Below are positions 58,424 through 64,000 of a DNA stretch of 64,000 nucleotides, in pieces. Position 1 is the first letter of the stretch. Each line of letters opens with the position of its first letter. The stretch is from Dehalococcoidia bacterium (lineage in GTDB: Bacteria > Chloroflexota > Dehalococcoidia > Lucifugimonadales > UBA2962): the NCBI GenBank assembly GCA_965116605.1, contig OZ220697.1, positions 1,439,013 through 1,503,012 on the forward strand. The letters run 5' to 3'. The notes beneath the pieces are model-generated. The model did not search any database and was not told the origin of the DNA. It was given only the letters and a program-made list of their open reading frames with translations. A program made the translations under genes and the position numbers.

Positions 58424-60490
58424 ATGGTGAAGGCAATCGACAAGCCCGCGGCCATCCCCGCGCGTTCCATCGCCGAGAGCGCGAACCTGGACCAGGCTAT
58501 CTCCCGCACCCAGGACTACCTTTTCGCCGAGCAATACGGGGAAGGCTACTGGTGGGGCGAGCTGGAGTCCAACCCCACCATGGAGGCCGAGTTCCTCCTG
58601 CTAGACGAGTTCCTAGGACTCAGGAATCCCGACAGGCAGCGCAAGCTGGCCAACCATATCCTCGGACAGCAGCGCCCTGACGGTACCTGGGGCCAGTACT
58701 ACGGCGCCCCCGGTGACCTTTCGACCACGGTCGAGTGCTACTTTGCCCTCAAAGTGGCGGGAGTCTCGGCAGAGCAGTCTCTGATGACGAAGGCGAGGGA
58801 GTTCATCCTAAGGAAGGGGGGGGTTCCATCCACCCGGGTATTCACGAAGATCTGGCTCTCCCTGTTCGGCCAGTGGCGGTGGGAAGGCGTGCCGGTGATG
58901 CCGGCGGAGCTGGTCCTGATGCCTAACTGGCTCCCGGTCAACATATACGAGTTCTCCAGCTGGGCGAGGGCCACCATAGTGCCCCTGCTGATAATGATGG
59001 ACAGGAAGCCCGTTCGGCAGATTCCGGCCGAAGCGGCGATCCCTGAGCTTTTCCCCCAGGGTCCGGACGATACCGACTACTCCATCAAGAGGCCGTCGCG
59101 GGCGATAGGCTGGGAGGGCTTCTTCTACGCCGCCGACTTCCTGCTGCGCCTGGTGGAGAAGTTCCCCGTAAAGCCAGCCAGGTCTATGGCCATTCGAAAG
59201 GCCGAGCGCTGGATACTGGACCACCAGGAGGCGGACGGCAGCTGGGGAGGGATACAGCCGCCCTGGGTGTACTCGATCATGGCGCTGGTCACCCTGGGTT
59301 ACGGTTTGGACCACCCGGTGGTAAAGAAGGCCATCGACGGATTCGAAGGCTTCATGATCGAGGAGGGAGAAAGCCTGCGCGTGCAGGCCTGCGTTTCCCC
59401 GATCTGGGACACCGGACTGGCCATGATGGCCCTGCTGGACTCGGACGTCCCGGGGGACCATCCAGTAATTGTCAGTGCCGGCGAGTGGCTCCTCGACCAC
59501 CAGGTGGCAAGCGGAGGAGACTGGCAGGTCAAGGCGCGTGATGTTCCGACGGGTGGATGGGCTTTCGAATTTGAAAACGACACCTACCCTGACATCGACG
59601 ACGCGTCCGTAATAGGCACGGCCCTTTACCGCACCAGCCTGCCGGATGAAGAGGGCAAGGTTGACGCATTGTGGCGATGCGTACGTTGGATCGAAGGTAT
59701 GCAGAGCAGCAACGGTGGCTGGGCGTCGTTCGACAAGGACAACACCCGCACCTTCATCGCCCGCATCCCGTTTTCGGATTTCGGCGAGACCATAGACCCG
59801 CCCAGCGTCGACGTCACCGCCCATGTACTTGAGTTTCTGGGCACTCTGGGGCACGACCTAAACAGCGAGCAGGTAAGTCGGGGCCTGGACTACGTGTTGA
59901 GGGACCAGGAGCCGGACGGCTCGTGGTTCGGGCGCTGGGGCGTCAACTACCTGTATGGCACGGGCTCCGTCGTACCCGCGCTCAGGGCCATAGGAATGGG
60001 TCCCGAAGCGCAGCCGATCAGACGGGCAGTCGAATGGGTGGTCAGACACCAGAACTCCGACGGCGGCTGGGGCGAGACGCCAGCGTCCTACGTCGATCCG
60101 ACGCTGCGCGGCAGCGGACCCAGCACAGCGTCACAGACGGCCTGGGCCCTGTTGACCCTGCTCGCTGCCGACGAGGGAGACCACCCGGCAACCATCAGGG
60201 GTGTGGCCTACCTACTTGAGACGCAGGGAGAGGACGGCACGTGGGACGAGCCTCACTTCACCGGCACCGGATTCCCCGGCTATGGCGTCGGACAGCGACT
60301 CGAACGCCTTCCGATCGACGGTGAGCCAGGATTCCAGGGCCGCGAACTGCCGGCCGGCTTCATGATCAATTACCACATGTACCGCATCTACTGGCCGCTG
60401 GCGGCTCTGGGACGCTTCAGGCGGTGGAACAGGGAACAGCTCAAAAGGGCTACTAGCCAGTCCATTAACGGTCAAGCGCGCAAAGTCTAA
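58424..60490 (+). CDS. shc: Squalene-hopene cyclase
   Basis: Catalytic YPDIDD, SPIWDT, multiple QW repeats (Q..DG.W), GRWGVNY and TGTGFP motifs. Confidence 0.96.
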   Translation: MVKAIDKPAAIPARSIAESANLDQAISRTQDYLFAEQYGEGYWWGELESNPTMEAEFLLLDEFLGLRNPDRQRKLANHILGQQRPDGTWGQYYGAPGDLSTTVECYFALKVAGVSAEQSLMTKAREFILRKGGVPSTRVFTKIWLSLFGQWRWEGVPVMPAELVLMPNWLPVNIYEFSSWARATIVPLLIMMDRKPVRQIPAEAAIPELFPQGPDDTDYSIKRPSRAIGWEGFFYAADFLLRLVEKFPVKPARSMAIRKAERWILDHQEADGSWGGIQPPWVYSIMALVTLGYGLDHPVVKKAIDGFEGFMIEEGESLRVQACVSPIWDTGLAMMALLDSDVPGDHPVIVSAGEWLLDHQVASGGDWQVKARDVPTGGWAFEFENDTYPDIDDASVIGTALYRTSLPDEEGKVDALWRCVRWIEGMQSSNGGWASFDKDNTRTFIARIPFSDFGETIDPPSVDVTAHVLEFLGTLGHDLNSEQVSRGLDYVLRDQEPDGSWFGRWGVNYLYGTGSVVPALRAIGMGPEAQPIRRAVEWVVRHQNSDGGWGETPASYVDPTLRGSGPSTASQTAWALLTLLAADEGDHPATIRGVAYLLETQGEDGTWDEPHFTGTGFPGYGVGQRLERLPIDGEPGFQGRELPAGFMINYHMYRIYWPLAALGRFRRWNREQLKRATSQSINGQARKV

Positions 60491-60595
60491 TACATAGCCT
60501 AACTAGGCACGATCGATTGAGTGCCATGTTTGAGATATGGTAGGGTCAGGCCGACGAGCAGGATCGTGCGCGTTCGCCCGCCGGGAGGTCAGCAC

Positions 60596-61074
60596 ATGAG
60601 AGTGATCGAGGCGTCGTTTCGTACATGTCTCAGCACGCTTGAGGTCAGGATCTCCCACGCTCCGCAGTTCATCGACATCACCGACCGGGTATCCGAGGTG
60701 GTCGCCGATTCCCGGGTCCAAGACGGCATGGTGTGCGTCTTACCAAGCACACGACGCCGGCAACCGCTATCCAGGAGAACGAACCCCTCCTCATGACCGA
60801 CCTTGCGTCATTCGTTGAGCGCCTCTCGCCGCGGGGTGCCCACTACCCGCACAACGACTTCGGCGTGCCCACGGTCAACATGCGTGAGGATGAATGCCCT
60901 AACGGCCACTCCCGCTGCCAGCACCTGGTGCTGGCGGCTTCGCGGACGATGCCGGTCGTCGACGGTCAGATGACCCTGGGACAGTGGCAGCGCATCTTCG
61001 CCGTAGAGCGGGATGCCGACAAGGCACTTCAGATCGACAGTCGCCAGGTCGACGTGCAGGTCATGGGAATATAG
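60596..61074 (+). pseudogene. YjbQ (UPF0047) family protein, frameshifted at ~60740
   Basis: FIDITD...VCV(F)TKHTT...ENEP...HND...NGHSRC...LGQWQRIF..E.D; split over two frames and with atypical HTTP and HSRC motifs. Confidence 0.75.
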
Positions 61075-61179
61075 CGGACGGAATTGCGCGTCCCCGGCGT
61101 ACGGCCCGGGCGACGACGCTGGCCGCTTTCACCGCGGCGTGGGCGACGCCCTGATAACCTGAATCGCAAACGCCCGAAA

Positions 61180-62058
61180 ATGCATCCAGACATAGTCGAC
61201 GCCTACGACCACTGCGAGAGGTTGACAAGGGCAGAGGCTAAGAACTTCTACTACGCATTTCGCACCCTTCCCGCCGAGCGCCGGCGGGCGATATACGCCG
61301 CCTACGCCTACTGTCGTGTATGCGACGATATCGCAGACGGCGATGCCTCTCCGACCGAGAAGTCCAGGGGATTCGCAGCCCTGCGTGCCGAGCTGGACTC
61401 GGCGCTCGGGGGTCGCTCGGACGACCTCGTACTGGCGGCGGTGGCACACTCGGCGGCCAGATTCGGCTTTACCCGAGAGCACCTGCTGGAAGTGATCGAG
61501 GGAGTGGAGATGGACCTGGTCAAGACCAGGTTCGCGGATTTCGGGGAGCTGCGCGAGTACTGCTACAAGGTGGCCTCGGTGGTCGGGCTCATAAGCATAG
61601 AGATATTTGGCTACAGGGATCCGGCAGCGCGAAAATACGCGGTCGACCTGGGCCTTGCAATGCAATTGACCAACATCATGCGCGATATCCGGGAGGATGC
61701 AGACCGTGACCGCATATACATACCGCAGGACGAGATGGAGTCTTTCGGGTACGGCGAAGCGGACCTAAAGGCCGGAGTAATCGATGAGCGCTTCCGGGGG
61801 CTCATGAGAGCCCAGGCCGAGCGGGCGCGCGCCTACTTTGATAGCGGCTCACGCCTCTTCATCCTGCTCCGCCCCGAATCCAGGGCCTGCCCGGAGGTGC
61901 TCCACGCGCTTTATTCGGCCATTCTCAGCCGCATCGAAGGCTCCGGATTCGACGTGTTCAGCAGGCGGATCGGCCTGTCCACGCCAGAAAAGCTCCTGCT
62001 GATGGGCCGCCTCTGGACGATGAGCCTGGCCCGCAGCCTGGTGCCGCGGGGAAGATAG
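61180..62058 (+). CDS. hpnD: Presqualene diphosphate/phytoene synthase family (HpnD-like)
   Basis: NFYYAF..LP, YCRVCDDIAD, YCYKVASVVG and QLTNIMRD..ED motifs; located in a hopanoid cluster. Confidence 0.8.
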   Translation: MHPDIVDAYDHCERLTRAEAKNFYYAFRTLPAERRRAIYAAYAYCRVCDDIADGDASPTEKSRGFAALRAELDSALGGRSDDLVLAAVAHSAARFGFTREHLLEVIEGVEMDLVKTRFADFGELREYCYKVASVVGLISIEIFGYRDPAARKYAVDLGLAMQLTNIMRDIREDADRDRIYIPQDEMESFGYGEADLKAGVIDERFRGLMRAQAERARAYFDSGSRLFILLRPESRACPEVLHALYSAILSRIEGSGFDVFSRRIGLSTPEKLLLMGRLWTMSLARSLVPRGR

Positions 62059-62067
62059 TCAGCTCGA

Positions 62068-63081
62068 ATGGCCGCCACCACCCCACCCCACCCTTCGAGC
62101 GCCCTGATCCTGGCGCCGTTTTCGGCCGAAGCACGTACCCGGCTCTCACAGCGCATGGAAATTAAGTACGAGAGCTGGCTGGAGACCCTCAAGATCCACG
62201 ACCCGGACGAACTGGCCGAACGCATAAACGTCCTTGGGGCCACCGCCCTGATAGTCGAGACGGACTTCGTATTCGCCGAGACCCTCGAGCAGGTCAGCAC
62301 CCTGCGCTTCGTGGGGGTGTGCCGGGCGGCGCTGAACCATGTTGACGTGGACGCCGCAACCGAGCACGGGGTGCTCGTGGTCAACGCTCCGGCCCGCAAT
62401 GCCCGCGCCGTGGCCGAGCACGTGCTCGGTCTCATGATCGCGCTGGCCCGCCGGATCCCCGAGGCCGACCGCTACATCAAAGAGGGTTGCTGGAGGAGTC
62501 CGGTCGAACCCTACCTCAGCCTCCGCGGCATTGAACTGGGCGGCAGGAGCCTGGGCATAATCGGCCTGGGCGCGATCGGCAGGCACCTGGCCTCCATCGC
62601 CAGCGCCATCGGAATGGACGTGCTCGCCTACGATCCATATGTGACCAGGTACGGTGGCGGCGAGCTGACCGATCTCGAATCGCTGCTCGAACGGTCCGAT
62701 TTCATAGCTACCCTGGCTCCGGTCAACACTGAAACGACGGCGATGCTGAACGCCGAGGCACTGTCCCTGGTAAGGCCGGGTGCGTTCCTGGTTATAGCTT
62801 CCGGGATCGCGATCGCCGACCGGGCGGCCTTACTGGAGGCGCTCAGGGCGGGGCCCCTGGCCGGCGCGGCGATAGATGTCTTCGACACGCATCCGGTCGC
62901 TCCCGACAGCCCGCTGCTAAGCGCCGAGAATGTGCTCCTCACTCCTCACATCGCCGGCGCCACCGAAGAGACGATACATCGCCACTCCGAGATGGTCGCC
63001 GGCGACTTGATCCGATTCCTGGACGGCCTGATGCCGCTAAACGCAATCAACCCCAGGGCAATCGACCTGCCGGTTGCCTGA
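62068..63081 (+). CDS. D-isomer-specific 2-hydroxyacid dehydrogenase (SerA-like)
   Basis: NARAVAE, GIIGLGAIG, YDPY, GAAIDVF and LTPHIAG motifs. Confidence 0.9.
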   Translation: MAATTPPHPSSALILAPFSAEARTRLSQRMEIKYESWLETLKIHDPDELAERINVLGATALIVETDFVFAETLEQVSTLRFVGVCRAALNHVDVDAATEHGVLVVNAPARNARAVAEHVLGLMIALARRIPEADRYIKEGCWRSPVEPYLSLRGIELGGRSLGIIGLGAIGRHLASIASAIGMDVLAYDPYVTRYGGGELTDLESLLERSDFIATLAPVNTETTAMLNAEALSLVRPGAFLVIASGIAIADRAALLEALRAGPLAGAAIDVFDTHPVAPDSPLLSAENVLLTPHIAGATEETIHRHSEMVAGDLIRFLDGLMPLNAINPRAIDLPVA

Positions 63082-63101
63082 GATGGGGCAGGAGCGGGCC
63101 A

Positions 63102-64000
63102 TTGCCTGAGCAAGCAGTACTGGTCATAGACGCCGGTACGAGCTCCATCCGATGCCACCTGTTCGACGAGCGGGGCGTCGAAGTGGCGACAGAGCAGGCC
63201 TCCTGGCCTCCGTCGATAGCCCCGGCAGAGCTCCCACTGGCCCGGGAATTCAGGCCCGATTCGGTCCTGTACGGGGTGCACGAGCTCATCCGTCGCACTA
63301 TCGATCGGGCCAAAGTAGAGGTAGGGGCAGTCGCGGTCACCAGCATGAGGCAGGGAATTGCACTCCTGGACCACGACGACCAGGCTGTTTACCTGGGCCC
63401 CAACGTTGACTTGAGGGCCGTATTCGAGGGCGCCGCGATAGACGAGGCTCACCGGGAATTAGTCTACGCGACGACCGGCCACCTGCCCTCGTTCTTTTTT
63501 GCACCGGCAAAGCTCGTCTGGCTCAGGGACAACCGGCCGAGGCTGTTCGACAGGATCAGGACCGCGGTCACTATCCCGGACTGGCTGATCCTCCAGATTA
63601 CCGGCCTTCTGGCCTCAGAGCCCACTCTGGCCGGCGAGGCCGGTCTTCTCGACATTACCAGCAGAAGGTGGGCCACCCGGCTGGCCGAAACGCTGAACGT
63701 TCCGCTGGACGACAGCGTGCCCATGGTGGAGGCGGGGCGGGTCGTCGGTGGGGTAAATCGTCGGACTGCCCAGGAAACGGGGATCGCGGCTCGCACGCCG
63801 GTAGTGTCGGCCGGCGCGGACACCCAGTGTGCCGCCCTCGGCATGGGTGCCAACGAACCTGGCCAGGTCGCGGTCGTAGCCGGGTGGAGCGCGCCGGTTC
63901 AGCAGGTAACGGAACTGCCTATGCCATCGGCGCGAGGCGCCACGTGGGTGGGCTGCCATCTGGCCGGCCACAGGTGGGTGGCGGAGAGCAGCGCGTGGGA
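63102..64000 (+). CDS. FGGY-family carbohydrate kinase (LsrK-like), runs off the right edge; absent from the ORF track
   Basis: Hand translation from TTG 63102 (AGGAG RBS): VLVIDAGTSSIRC...AVTSMRQG...NVDLRA...PAKLVWL...DWL...GADTQCAALG...GWSAP, open to the window end. Confidence 0.88.
   Translation, partial: MPEQAVLVIDAGTSSIRCHLFDERGVEVATEQASWPPSIAPAELPLAREFRPDSVLYGVHELIRRTIDRAKVEVGAVAVTSMRQGIALLDHDDQAVYLGPNVDLRAVFEGAAIDEAHRELVYATTGHLPSFFFAPAKLVWLRDNRPRLFDRIRTAVTIPDWLILQITGLLASEPTLAGEAGLLDITSRRWATRLAETLNVPLDDSVPMVEAGRVVGGVNRRTAQETGIAARTPVVSAGADTQCAALGMGANEPGQVAVVAGWSAPVQQVTELPMPSARGATWVGCHLAGHRWVAESSAW

Noticed and set aside
13645..59854. Many long antisense or alternate-frame ORFs (e.g. 14669-15982, 21329-22702, 27658-29229, 44421-45737, 47706-48920)
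   Set aside because: Shadow ORFs expected in GC-rich DNA overlapping well-supported genes; no motifs.
1..64000. CRISPR array, rRNA, integron attC array or intact IS/integrase
   Set aside because: No regularly spaced repeats, rRNA-like segments, attC series, or transposase/integrase motifs were seen by eye.

Overview
GC-rich bacterial window whose gene content suggests Dehalococcoidia / SAR202-type Chloroflexota. This is an inference from an 11-subunit nuo operon, multiple SDR and aldo/keto reductase paralogues, LLM, cyclase and CoA-transferase genes, a PAC2-family gene and a Gram-positive-type LexA box. Bases 1 to ~12,970 are the right end of a visibly AT-richer genomic island abutting the 3' end of tRNA-Thr(CGT). 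The island carries a DUF2806 gene, a doubled replication-relaxation protein, excisionase-like HTH genes, a probable group II intron remnant and several candidate anti-phage nucleases (GmrSD-like DUF262/DUF1524, HNH, RelE-like/SF1 helicase plus partner, EEP plus PGN_0703-like nuclease). The rest is chromosomal backbone: an acyl-CoA catabolic operon, oxidoreductases, pxpABC divergent from oadG-oadB-biotin carrier with no alpha subunit, a LexA-boxed small protein, nuoABCD-HIJK-x-LMN-nadK-nudix, and a hopanoid cluster (polyprenyl synthase, hpnH, hpnG, shc, hpnD) followed by a 2-hydroxyacid dehydrogenase and an FGGY kinase. The best candidate for an undescribed system is a Na+-pumping biotin decarboxylase in which PxpBC (homologues of the urea-carboxylase carboxyltransferase domains) would replace the missing alpha subunit. 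At least six single-base frameshifts suggest indel errors in the assembly. All family calls come from motif recognition by eye; no database searches were run.
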